From: Chrysomallon squamiferum
Lineage: Eukaryota; Animalia; Mollusca
DNA: 64,000 bases
Direction: 5' to 3'
Assembly (NCBI GenBank): GCA_012295275.1
Contig: CM022679.1
Coordinates: 30,690,001 to 30,754,000 of the forward strand
Numbering within the stretch: the first letter of the stretch is position 1; each line of letters opens with the position of its first letter. Made by a program: the position numbers and the translations under genes. Of this stretch, positions 45,383 through 57,640 are shown in pieces. The notes under the pieces are model-generated. The model made no database searches. It was not told the DNA's origin and saw only the letters and a program-made list of their open reading frames with translations.

Positions 45383-46524
45383 GTAGCCATCTTGCATTAC
45401 GTTGTTGTGTAATTAAAGGTTATTGGTTTGGAGGAACGAAATGGGTGCACGTTATTGAGTTTAGAGTTTAATTTTATCAAAGTCCCGATTTATACATTTG
45501 TTTTTAAAAAAAAAAAAATGTATAAGTATCCAGTATATTGGAATTTCCAGCTAAAAGGTACGGAATACTTGGTCATTTCAATTAATTTTTAACTGAGTTC
45601 GTATTTTTTTGATTTCTTAAGAAGTTACAGATCATCTGATATGACGAGGAAAAAAATCAACAAAAAACCCAACAGCAAACAAACATTCTAGCCAGGAAAC
45701 ATTAAATAAGTTATAGCATCTTATAACTAAAGATCAGAAAAGACCTCTCAAAATTTCAGTTCATTTGTTACAACACTTTATTCTTTGTCAGTCAGTTAAC
45801 AATTTGAAACGATCAAAGTAAAAGTACGGCTGTTCTTGCCTCACAATAAAAACGTTTCCGTTTACAACCCTATTCATTATTAATACATGTCAAATAGTTT
45901 TCTGCACTTTTCCCTCGCCATGTTTTTTTTTTTTTTTTTAAATAACTTCTTTTGGTCGATAAAATCTCAATGAGAGAGAGAGAAAAAAAGAGTTATCATA
46001 TATCTGAGAAGAAACTGGAGTAGACATTTATTAAAAACATGACGTAGATGTAAAGGATTATTAAATCAATAAATCTGAAACATTCTTATATCATTCTATC
46101 AAACTGTTTGCAATTTTAGATTATAGTTCATCTGAACTAAGAAACGACGCAATAGAGAAGTTAATACTGGCCCCCAAACTTTTGTAAATAAAAATATTTC
46201 GTTTATATCGAGTTATTTCTTCATCTTGATATTTTTGAATTTACTAATTTCTTTTTTGGCATTGATTTATTCGTTATGATTTGGTTTTTTTATCCAGTTG
46301 CTTTTTGTATATCAGAATTTCTTTTCATAGTCAAATGATTTGAAAAAAATATATTTTTGTCCAGAATTGATATAAACATTTATCTTCCACAGAATCAACA
46401 ACAATTAATTTCTATTTCAGTCCAGTGCCGACTTTAACTTTTGATTTCTATTCCTAAAGTCTTCCATGAAAACAGATATACACACGCGCACATACACACC
46501 TACACAAAATAAACACACTCAACA

Positions 46525-46585
46525 GAGACACAGAGAGAGAGGGAGAGATAGAGAGATATACATACAGACAGACAGACAGAGAGAC

Positions 46586-46624
<39 letters not shown>

Positions 46625-46870
46625 GAGAGAGAGAGAGAGACACAGACAGACAGACAGAGAGAGACAGAGAGACAGACAGACAGAGGGACAGAGACACAGA
46701 GAGAGAGTGAGAGAGAGTGAGAGACAGACAGAGAGAGACGGAGACAGACAGAGAGAGAGACAGACAGAGAAAGAGACAGAGACAAACACAGAGAGTGTGA
46801 GAGAGAGAGTGAGAGACAGAGTGAGAGACAGACAGAGAGAGAGACAGACAGAGAGACAGACAGAGACATA
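46525..46870. repeat. Compound (GA)/(GACA) satellite
   Basis: Directly visible. Confidence 0.93.
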
Positions 46871-46944
46871 TGCAGATTCAGATACATTCAAACTATGATG
46901 AATTTTACTTTCTTTTTGAGTCCTGTACTAATAGAGAGAGAAAG

Positions 46945-47036
<92 letters not shown>

Positions 47037-47095
47037 ATAATAATGAATTTTTAATTTCGCTTTCAGTTCTGTACAAAATCTACTTTTACTTTCAG

Positions 47096-47263
47096 TTTGT
47101 GGCACACCCCAACTGTCAGCAACACATGACGAGCATCTGGTACGGGTCAGAGATGGGCTTCCTTCAGTCTTTGAACTTATTTAGGAATCTAGTCTACCTT
47201 ATCTTATTTCTTCCCACCATTCCATTTCTGTGTCTTGTCTATCTCATCGCACCTAACACAAAG
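47096..47263 (+). CDS. TRPC: TRPC exon 4 (FVAHPNCQQ...pre-S1 elbow...LIAPNTK)
   Basis: ttttactttcag| ... AAG|GTAAGT, 56 codons; FVAHPNCQQ is a TRPC signature. Confidence 0.96.
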
Positions 47264-48269
47264 GTAAGTTGTCGAAGTCGTTGTCGTCCCCATCTTTGTC
47301 GCCGTCTTAGTTGACTGCCGTAGAAACGTGGTGGTAGTAGTAGAGACGGAAGCAACAGTAGTGACTAGTTGTACGTTACTACTTTTTGTAGTCTTCGTCG
47401 ATATAGTATTAGTGGTAACAGAAGTAATATTTGTTGTTATTGTTGTTGTAGCTGTTGTTGTTGTTATTCTAAAAGTGGTTTATAATTGTTGCGATTGCCT
47501 TATGTGCATTTGTTGTACGAATAACATATCGTTCAAAATAAATAAACATTGTATATGATCGTTATTGTTGTCGTTGTTGTTGTTGTATTTACTACTAGTG
47601 AATTGAATATTATATTTAAAATGGTACAAAATGAAAGAATTAATTTATAAATGGAGAGGAGAATGTTCAAAAGATTGTTCACGTCAAGAATCATTATTAC
47701 CTATGAGCAAAAAATTAAGTCTTTATCTCAATATAAACTTTACTGCATCGTTATTAAAATCATATTTTCACATGCACGGAATTCCTAACTTTCATAAAAC
47801 GCCAGCATTTGTCAGTAGTTCAAATTATTGTGATGTTGAACTTTTAAACTTATTAAACATAACATTTCAACTAATTATAAAATATGGCATTACATAATAT
47901 ACAGCACTTCAAATTGTTATGCTTAATATTTCATTTCGTTACAACCAGTTAGCATTTCATCTTATACTGCCACCCATTTCACCTTCTAATACTACTTAAC
48001 ATTTTAATTAACCATAGTAATTAATATTCGAGTTTGTTACAGTACATAATATTTCAAATTACTGTAATACTTATCGTTTCGAATTACTGTTATACTTATT
48101 ATTATACATAGCATGTTGTCCTATTATAATACTTAATAGTGGAACTTATTGTAGCATTTAACCTTTTATATTCAACATTTTAAGCATATCTTCGGCTAAA
48201 GCAATATCCAAGTATCGATGTACTGAAGAAAAAAGGTCGAAATAACCAAAGAGATCTCTTCTAGACGAA

Positions 48270-48378
48270 ACAAATTTAATTACGATACACAGAAATTCAT
48301 TAGATGTTTTTACATGGTTGCATGGTTCGACGCCAGTAGACGTGAAAGAGAAACACAAATTTAGCAAATTAATTATTA
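48270..48378 (+). mobile_element. Dispersed ~109-bp element, copy 1 (possible SINE fragment)
   Basis: Aligns without gaps to 54166-54274; contains Pol III B-box-like GGTTCGACGCC at 48324. Confidence 0.55.
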
Positions 48379-51362
48379 CAACTTGATGCTTCGCTTGTCA
48401 AAAGTCTGTATGCGTTTTTCATGATAAACGTAATTTGGGTATAATTTATAAATTTCAACGATGCGATTTCGTTATGAATGTTTATGATTTCACTCGCAGT
48501 TTTTCTTCTTCATTTTTCTTTTCTCTTCTTTCTTGTTTTCTTTCTTCTTTTATTTTTCTTGCTTTTTCATTCTTTCTTCTTTTCCTCTTCCATTCCTTTC
48601 TTTTTTTTCTTCTTCATTTTTTTTTTTTTTTTTTAATTATTCTTCTTTATCTCATTATTCGTTTTCCTCTTCTTTAATATTTATTATTCTTGTTTGCCTC
48701 TTTCCTTTTTTCCTTTTTTTTTAATTTTTTTTTTCTTAAATCTGTTGTAAATTATTAGTTTTTATTCAGATTTTTGTGCGCTTTTTTTTTTTAGACAAAA
48801 TTCTTCATTTTTTCAGTTTTTTTTTTTTTATTCCTGTTTTCCTTAAATTGACTTTTATTTCTTCTTCCGCATTTTCTCTTATTTCTTCTTCTTTTCATTC
48901 GTATTTATTCTTTCTTCTTTTTTTTTAAATTTATTTTTTTCATCTTTGGTGATTCGAATGAAACGCGTTCAGAAGGAGAATCCCTTCTCTCTGTGTTTCG
49001 ATTGCGACTTTGCCAGTTGATGTGCAGTTTAAACAAATTAAAAATGTCGTACTGACATAACTCTTTATGGAAAAAAAAAAATCAAAGAGGAACTGAGTAA
49101 ACACTTCGCAGCCTGTTTTCGAATTGTTACATCAAAGCGACGCAAGTTCAAATGTGGACGCTATTAATTAACTCCGTGAATCCATCGAAAACCTTTCCCA
49201 CATGTGATTGACAGGAAAGCAAATCGCTGAGTTTGTTACTTGTTTTTTATTTGTTCATTTAAGCTAAAATGCTGTGCATTTCTATTTATTAACTATTTCC
49301 AGTTAATGCTACTTGTTCTTGTATGTATGTATGTGTGTGTATGCAGACACGACAGATGAATAGATAGATTATATGGATGGATGGAAGCTAAATCTGTTCC
49401 TACGATTAGCAAGTAAGAGATCATTTATATCCGCCTTCCCAGAAACAGCGAAAAAAAACGAACCGCGGTGACTGACAAATTCGTGGTGTGGAAATGTCTA
49501 GAAAATAAAAATAATTCAGTGGGCAGGTTGCTCGGTCGGTTTTGATCTTCAATCTATCATTCCCGAGTCACTGTTAGTTAAAGACAACAAGTCGCCTTCA
49601 CTGACTTTTTCCTTTCTTTCCGTAATAACCGCTTTTCCATCACATTTAATACGCACTGTTTACTTGAACAAATCCTACAGGCCGAGTTAGTGCAGTAATC
49701 TAACAAAATGTCTTAGGACGTTGGGGGAGAATTTTTATTTTTTTTATTTTATTTTTTTATCAGAAAAGACGTAAGTTATCGACATAAAAAAAAAAAAAAA
49801 AAAAATCCTAAACTCCGCATAACTACTGTTTGAACAACCAGGCAATCCGTGCACTTTTAAAAACGTTGAATTACGAAGGGGAAGTTTCGAAAAACACCGA
49901 ATTACAGCCGTTTCCACGAAAACCGAACACCGCGACAACCACACACAAAAGGAAATCGATAGAAATCGCGAGATTACACAAGTCTTGCGTAGAAATGACA
50001 AGATGAGAATCGAGACTATTGGGCTGTGATATCGAGGCCTGAATGAGTGCGCAAATTAAAATCAAGACAAGATCGAATATGTCAGATTTTTTTACAGCTT
50101 TTTTTTCTCTTTTTTTTTTTTTTCTTCGTTGCTACATTGACTTTATTGCTGTGTGTAACAATTATGTTATTGTAGATAACGTTTTATCGCTAGAAGTAAA
50201 AAAAAAAAAAAAAAAAAAGAATCAAAGATTTATTAAAGATTTATGCACGAAGTAATAAAGCCGCCGGAGTAATATGTAATTAGATGCCTAATGCTTCGCG
50301 GCTGCTTTATCAAAAGTTCTGTCCTCTCTTTCTGCTTTTGTGTAGCTGTGCGCATGTCTTTAATTATGTAGTTGGTGTTCTTCCTAAGTGCTTCTGTCTG
50401 TCTGTGCGTACGTATGTATGTAATTATGTGCATGTATAAATCTACGCGCGTGAATGCTTGAATAGTTCGTGTCATTGCTTTCGATATAGGCTTGAGTAAG
50501 AACGTACCAGCAATTAAGATGACATTCAATATTTATTATCTATTTTCAGTATTTTTTTTCTTTGTAAAAATTATGACGATATAAACTATTTATTCTGCAT
50601 TTTGAATAATGTTTTATCCTTCAGCGTTTTTAAAAAATTATGATGAGTTATTAAATTAGTTCTGCATTCTCAATAATTTTTTTAGCAAAAATGAAGACGG
50701 GGTAAAATATTTATGCTATTTTTTTTCCTTCGACAAATATTTATTCTATAATTTTCGCTTCAATTATTCTAGTATTAAAGTGAGATTATTAAAAGTAAAT
50801 ACCGGTATTTAGTATGTTTATCAGCTGTAGGCCTCTTTTGTGGGAATAATGTAGGCGAATCAGTAATAAATGTATATAGAACACAATCGTATTTTTTTCC
50901 TCATCGTCATTTTTGGACATTTTTTCCATTCATCTTCTTTATTTCTTTCTTTCCTTTTTTTTTTCTTTTTTTTTCTTTTTTTTCTTCTTTTTAATTTTAT
51001 CTGTTTTTTTCTTTTTGTTCTTTTTTTTTAATTTTATTATTATTATTTTTTTTTATCTTGTTTTTTGCTCTTCTTTTTTTTTTTTTTTTTTTCAGTTTTT
51101 TCAATTTGTTCTTGTGTGTCTCCTTTTCGGCAATTTAGTTTTTAGTTTCTTGTTTCTCCATCTTTTCTTTTTCCTTCTTCTTCCTATCACTCTTCTTCTT
51201 CTTCTTCTTCATCTTCATCCTTATTGTCATCTTCCTTCTCTTTTTCATCATCATCATCATCATCATCTTCTTCTTCTTCTTCTTCTTCTTCTCATCCTCC
51301 AAACAAAAACGATTCTCATTGTTTCTTTTCTGTTTCTTTCTTTCTCCCACCTCGCCTCTCAG

Positions 51363-51624
51363 CTTGGCGCCATCATGCGGTGTCCCATAACGAAGTTCAT
51401 CACGCACACGACGTCGCACGGCTGCTTCCTCGTGCTGCTGGCAGTGGCGACGTTCCGCATCACCGAGAACAGCGTCTCCATCACGTCCACCGACGAGCTG
51501 GACGACCCGCAGTACATGACGCTGTCGCACGAGGAGAAAGTGCAGAGTCTCCTGAAGGAGACGCTCAGACCCGCCAGCACGCTCATCACTCATGTACAGA
51601 TGTGTATAGTGTTCTGGATATCAG
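51363..51624 (+). CDS. TRPC: TRPC exon 5 (pre-S1, S1, long S1-S2 loop, start of S2)
   Basis: cctctcag|CTTGGC ... TCAG|GTATAT, phase 0-1; LGAIMRCPITKFITHTTS...FLVLL...IVFWISG. Confidence 0.94.
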
Positions 51625-51815
51625 GTATATTATATATATATATAACTTTATCATACTCACAGCACGCTCATCACTCATGTACAGATGTGTATAGTGTTCT
51701 GGATATCAGGTATATTATATATATATATAAGCTTTATCATATCATAGCTCATCGTACAGATGTGTATAGTGTTCTGGATATCAGGTATATATTATATATA
51801 TATAGCTTTATCATA
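51575..51815. repeat. Triplication of the exon 5 3' end plus donor site (periods 85 and 75 bp)
   Basis: gtacagatgtgtatagtgttctggatatcag|gtatat occurs three times, with GT at 51625, 51710 and 51785. Confidence 0.95.
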
Positions 51816-52228
51816 AGCTCATAGCTATGTAGGTATGTATGTAAATATGTTTATTTATATGTATATAGCGGTCTGGATAACAAGTATATTTCTACATCTT
51901 TAGCATAACTCATTTATAGATATTTATAATGTTATTATTTTTTATTTATGGCATTTATGCAAATAACTTACTTTTTTGTTTTTAATGTTCAGGCTTGGTG
52001 TGGTATGAAAGCAAACAACCATGTTTATTTTTCAGGCTTGTAAATAGACGTACAACCAAAAATTGTTCTTTTTTTTTTTTTTTTTTTTTTAGTTTGTCCA
52101 TTTTTTTTTTTTTTTTTTTGGGGGCTGTTTTTGTTTTTTTGTTGTTATTGGTTTTTTTTGTTTTATAATTTATCTTTATTATTATTATTATTATGATTAT
52201 TTTTAACTCAAAATTGTTTACGTTTCAG

Positions 52229-52385
52229 GCTTGTTGTGGTATGAATGTAAACAGGTGTACAACTCAGGGGCTAGGTCATATCTTACAGACTATTATAACT
52301 TCATGGATTTCAGTGTTTTAACTATGTACCTCGCCTCCTACGTGTTACGATTCTTCACGGAGTTCAAGGTATCAGAAGCCGACAG
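52229..52385 (+). CDS. TRPC: TRPC exon 6 (S2-S3: GLLWYECKQVY...YNFMDF...ADR)
   Basis: cgtttcag|GC TTG ... GACAG|GTACGT, phase 1-2; WxEcKQ and N.MDF motifs. Confidence 0.95.
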
Positions 52386-52397
52386 GTACGTTACGTT

Positions 52398-52585
52398 CAA
52401 ACTTCACGCGTTTACACAAACTTCACGCGTTTAAACAAACTTCACGCGTTTACACAAACTTCACGGGTTTAAAACAAACTTCACGGGTTTACACAAACTT
52501 CACGCGTTTACACAAACTTCACGCGTTTACACAAACTTCACGCGTTTACACAAACTTCACGGGTTTACACAAACTTCACACGTTT
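52398..52585. repeat. 19-bp tandem repeat (caaacttcacgsgtttaca), about 9-10 copies, just after the exon 6 donor
   Basis: Directly visible. Confidence 0.93.
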
Positions 52586-52936
52586 ATAATTCTGAGAGAT
52601 TTTAAATGTATCTTTCTTTAATCATTATCAGTTTGAATTTACCTAGATTTAATTAGATTTTGGTTCTATGAATTGATAGATTATATAATTCTAGACGTCA
52701 TAAGCTTGTAATTCTGTAGATTCATAAGTTTATAAAAGTGTAGACGTCTCACGTTTATAACTGTTATAGATTTTATAAGTATACACTTTTGTAGATCCTT
52801 AATGTTTACAGTTATTGTGTACACTTTTCTATTTACTTCCCTTTTTATTTATTTATTCATTCATTCATATATTTATTAATTTGTTCATTTGTTCATTTGT
52901 TCATTTATTTATTTATTTATTTATTTATTTATATAG

Positions 52937-53061
52937 GTACTTCAATGGTACCAACCGCGCCAAGGAACTTCTAGTGAATGGAAATTATACGTATTTTAAG
53001 TTGCTAACCGCGGAAATAAAAGACCCAAAACATTCACCCAAAAATTATTTTATGGAAGCCT
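52937..53061 (+). CDS. TRPC: TRPC exon 7 (extended extracellular S3-S4 region)
   Basis: atatag|G TAC ... GCC T|GTAAGT, phase 2-1. Required to keep the frame between exons 6 and 8. YFNGTNRAKELLVNGNYTYF...NYFMEA. Confidence 0.88.
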
Positions 53062-53665
53062 GTAAGTACTGAATTGTTTATTTTAAAATTATTTGTGTCC
53101 ATATGCATATGTGGGCTGAATACGTATATGTGCATGAATATGTGTGGCATGTGTGTATATGTGTATATCTGTGTACGCACAGTGGATGTGTTTAATGTTT
53201 GTGCATAAAGTCAACAAAACATTTAGATATACTGTTTCTGTTATTTGTTTATTTATTTATTTATTTTATTTATTTTATTTATTTTATTTATTTTATTTAT
53301 TTTATTTATTTTATTTTATTTATTCATTCATTCATTTCTATCAATGTATCTAAATATCTATCTATTCATCTATCTATCTATATGTCTATCTATCTATCTA
53401 TATCTATCTATCAGTTTATCTGTGTATCTATCTATCTGTCTGTCTATATATCTATCTGTCTGTCTATGTATCTATCTATCTCTGTGTGTATATATCTATC
53501 TTCACACACACATATACACACACACGCATACATATATACGTATCATTATGCACTTATTTCTTTTGAAATAACTACGAGCAGTCGAAACGTAGGCCGGACG
53601 GTAAATCGGGTTTAACTGCGTACGCGTTATTCTTTGACGTTCTGTGTTTTGAAACTTCGTTTCAG

Positions 53666-53850
53666 CGCGGTTCCAGTGGGAAGCCAATGATCCCGAGATC
53701 CTCTCTGACGTTCTCTTTGCCATTGCCAATGTGATCAGTTTCGCCCGAACCACCTACCTCATGCCAGCATTCGAAGTTCTGGGCCCCCTCCAAATCTCAC
53801 TCGGGCGGATGATTGGGGACATCACACGTTTCCTGGTGCTTTTTTCCTTG
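53666..53850 (+). CDS. TRPC: TRPC exon 8 (S4, S4-S5 linker, start of S5)
   Basis: gtttcag|CG CGG ... TTG|GTTGGT, phase 1-0; RFQWEANDPEILSDVLFAIANVISFAR...LGPLQISLGRMIGDITRF. Confidence 0.96.
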
Positions 53851-53906
53851 GTTGGTACACAAGCCGTAATTATATATGAGTGTGTGTCCGTTTCTGTATG
53901 TGTTTA

Positions 53907-53940
<34 letters not shown>

Positions 53941-53997
53941 TTTTTTGGAGGAAATTAAGTTTGTTTGAAAATTCTATTTCAGATATTCTGCAATAAC

Positions 53998-54028
<31 letters not shown>

Positions 54029-54165
54029 TTTTTTTTTTTTATAATAATGATATTTTATGCTTTTTCCCTCCACCTTTCAAAAATATTAGAATCATTTAGG
54101 AAAATGTTTACGTTCCGGGTATAAATATCAAGGGCGAGATCGATTTCGATGTTGGATCTGTGAAC

Positions 54166-54274
54166 ACAAATTTGATTACGATACACAGAAATGCATGAGA
54201 TGTGTTTACATGTTTGCATGGTTCCACACCAGTAGATTTGAAAGAGAAAAACAAATTTAGCAAATTAATTATTA
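54166..54274 (+). mobile_element. Dispersed ~109-bp element, copy 2
   Basis: Direct-orientation diverged copy of 48270-48378; B-box degenerate (GGTTCCACACC). Confidence 0.55.
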
Positions 54275-54457
54275 GTCCATTGAAGAATTTTATGACATTA
54301 TATTAATTTAGCTCAGTGTTATTTGATCAGTTATTCAAGTATCATATTTTATTTATTTATTTATTTATTTATTTTATAATAATAATAATAATAATTATTA
54401 TTATTATTATCATCATCATCATCATCATTTTTACTTTCATTATAGGTTAAATTATGT

Positions 54458-54516
<59 letters not shown>

Positions 54517-54633
54517 GTTGTTTTTTTTTTGTCTGTGGTTCAAGATTTCGATTTCGTTATTTACCTATCTTGAAGACAATAGCCTATATGTTAGTACAGT
54601 GTTGTTAACAACGTAAATACTCGAATGTTTCAG

Positions 54634-54752
54634 GTACTATTTGCCTTCATGGTTGGACTACACAACCTATACTGGTACTATGGTGCACAGAAAATAAAGA
54701 TGGAGTTGAATGGACATATTGTCAGTATTCAGGCAGCCAAAGCATTCCAAGG
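54634..54752 (+). CDS. TRPC: TRPC exon 9 (S5 and S5-pore loop)
   Basis: gtttcag|GTA CTA ... CAA GG|GTAAAC, phase 0-2; VLFAFMVGLHNLYWYY...KAFQG. Not in the ORF track (too short). Confidence 0.94.
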
Positions 54753-55618
54753 GTAAACTGTGTTACCTGTAAATTATTTTTACCTGTCTGTCGTGTATTA
54801 ACATCTTTTAATATCAACTGAAGCATATTAACATTTGAGATATAATCTTTAATTACGGCATATTTTTTTATAAGCAGGTAATGATTTCGTTACGGTACAA
54901 ATGAAACAAAGTAAAATTAATGAATTATTAAAAATGTACACGAAAAGAAAAAATATAAATATATGTATTTATTAATCATTGTGAAAAAGTTTCATATTTC
55001 TCCATGTTAACATTTTTTTTTTTTTTTTTTTTTTTTATGAATCAATATTCCCACCATTAAAATTATTTTCTGGTTTATTATTACATTTTTTTCTATCTGA
55101 AACTGTCTAATGTGCAAATGAAATCTGAGGATAACTATTTCAAAAATCCTTGAGGGAGTTATGTTTCTTATCTTTCATGACACCTTATCTCATAAAGCGT
55201 ACACACATCTCCTGTAAATAAAAAATAAAAATAAAAATGTAATATATTAATAAACAGAGCAACGAGCCCACTTTTCATCAACAATCAAGCTTTCCAAGAA
55301 AGCGCAACGTGCTGATAATATAATGAAATAAAAATAATGACAGCTACTACTCATTGCTCTGTATAGTTGTTATAATCCTGTGATATTTAGTTGTTTCCAG
55401 TAATAAGCAATGATTTGGAAATATTGAAAAAAAAATTCTAGGAATATTATCTTGAAATTTTTGGCCAGTAACGGATAATATCCTTTCTTATTTAATCACG
55501 TATATTTTTGGAAAGTTAAGGTTGAAATATGAAGTTCGGTGCGCTTTTAAGTTTAATTTTTTGTTCTGTTCTATGTTGTATGTGTTAGTATTAAAGTTTA
55601 TAATATTTGTTCTTCCAG

Positions 55619-55710
55619 CCTTTCTGCGACTTTCTATAGTTTATTTTGGTCCATGTTTGGCCAAGTTAGTATCAATGACATCAGCGTCAAACACCCCAAA
55701 CCAGCCGGGG
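55619..55710 (+). CDS. TRPC: TRPC exon 10 (pore helix/filter: LSATFYSLFWSMFGQ...)
   Basis: tcttccag|C CTT ... GGG G|GTAAGT, phase 2-1; LFW motif. Confidence 0.95.
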
Positions 55711-56075
55711 GTAAGTAATCCGCCATTTTGGTAACTCCTACTTGCTGTGAAATGTTTAAAATTAATGCAGTTTACTGTGCACGTGTTGACAGTCTGACAG
55801 CTAAAGTGTGTTTTCTGAAGTTCATAAAGTTTTAAATTAGCAGTTTTGCAAAGAAATTTACTAACATGTATTTTTTAAAAATGAATTGTTAATTATACGT
55901 AATTATTGCATATAAAATTATAGCAAATGAGATTTTACTGCAAAATAAAGTTTTGTTTATATGGAATATTTATTTCAAATTCTGATAATAAATATTTAAT
56001 AAATGTTTTATATAATCGAGATTTTCTTTTAGAAATTCACAGTGTTTTTTGTAATTAAAAAATACTGATGTCGAC

Positions 56076-56138
<63 letters not shown>

Positions 56139-56594
56139 CATCTGTTTCGAAAGGATCTATGTTTTACAAGCTGTAATCTCTAGATGACAAAGATTCACGA
56201 AAGAAGCCGAGTTTCATTTCATCAAAATATCGAGACATACGATGTTATACGGATTCAAACGAACACATCTATATAAAACAACTTTTCTTAATAGAAATAT
56301 ATATTCCATTTTCTTCACAAAATAAAATAAAGATTGACTTTATTAAAATAATAAAATGTTGATTATGACGATGATTACAATAACATTATTATAAACAGAA
56401 TACTAACAATATATTTAACAAAATGGCGACCTAGTTTTTAGTACAAGAGATTCTTATTAATAACCAGTATTTATATTATTTATTATTATAGTTTTTTTTT
56501 AAACGTACTCTTATTTCGTTATGGTAATTTTTACTAACCAGCATTATTTTGCATCGTGTGATGTTTTTTTCATTTTTCTAGACTTGTAACATTC

Positions 56595-56625
<31 letters not shown>

Positions 56626-56674
56626 TTAATTAGTGAAAATTACCGAATCTGCTGTCATGTTTTTCAAATTTCAG

Positions 56675-56707
56675 ACATTGAGGTTTACAGTCCCCAAAAA
56701 TTTGGAG
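56675..56707 (+). CDS. Candidate 33-nt micro-exon 10a (DIEVYSPQKFG) in the pore-S6 loop
   Basis: tttttcaaatttcag| ... GAG|GTACCT. Length is a multiple of 3, phase 1-1 like the host intron, no stop. Donor is only moderately strong. Confidence 0.5.
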
Positions 56708-57288
56708 GTACCTACCTGTCACATGCATTAATATTACTAATACTTTCTCTTTGTTTCCGAGGCATTTTCATAATGTTGTTGTGCTTTCCACACCTATTTA
56801 TATATATATATATATATATATTTTGAATGGTACATGGGAATACATTCAATATAAAAATGTTCTAGAATCCAATGTAATTTATCAATCGTTTATTTGGATT
56901 ATTAAATTTTATACATTAAAACAGGTAACTATATGAACTTACCTGAGTATATTCTCATGTACACCAGCAATAATTTATATATATATATATGTATATATAT
57001 CAGTTAGCTCTTTTCCTCTGAATATGTGTTTTCGATGTATTACTAATAATTATACTAATTGCTTCTAGTAACAAAATTTGTGATATTTAATAACATTTTT
57101 TCCTTTGGTATTAAAAGCCATAGATTCAAATATTCACGTAACATTAATTAATATTTTTTTATAAATTGAAAAATACTTTATACATCACACTTGATTGGAT
57201 TTATTATGAAACACTCGGGATATTTTTCAGTTAATAATCTCTACTTATATCGGATTACATATATCATTCATTCTTTGCATATATATAC

Positions 57289-57345
<57 letters not shown>

Positions 57346-57640
57346 TAAATGCTAATACCTCGAAAATAGAGAGCCTAGACTGATGACTGAAACTACTTTC
57401 AACTTTTGCAGTTCTTTTTTATTTCTAACACTTCTATTATACTACTGTTATTCTTTCTCTCATTTATTTAGCTATTTATTTTTTCTTTATCGTATTTATT
57501 TATTTATTTTGCTGAAAGTAATATTTAAAATAATAATAATAATAATAAAATTTTAAAAAGTCCTTTTTTTTACCATAATCGCGATACGGTATTATTGAAA
57601 CTTGCAGATTAATTTTGAAAACAAAATATAGTCTACTTCT

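Noticed and set aside
50913-51824. 303-aa ORF as a single-exon membrane protein
   Set aside because: Only 51363-51624 is coding; the rest is pyrimidine-rich intron and the donor triplication.
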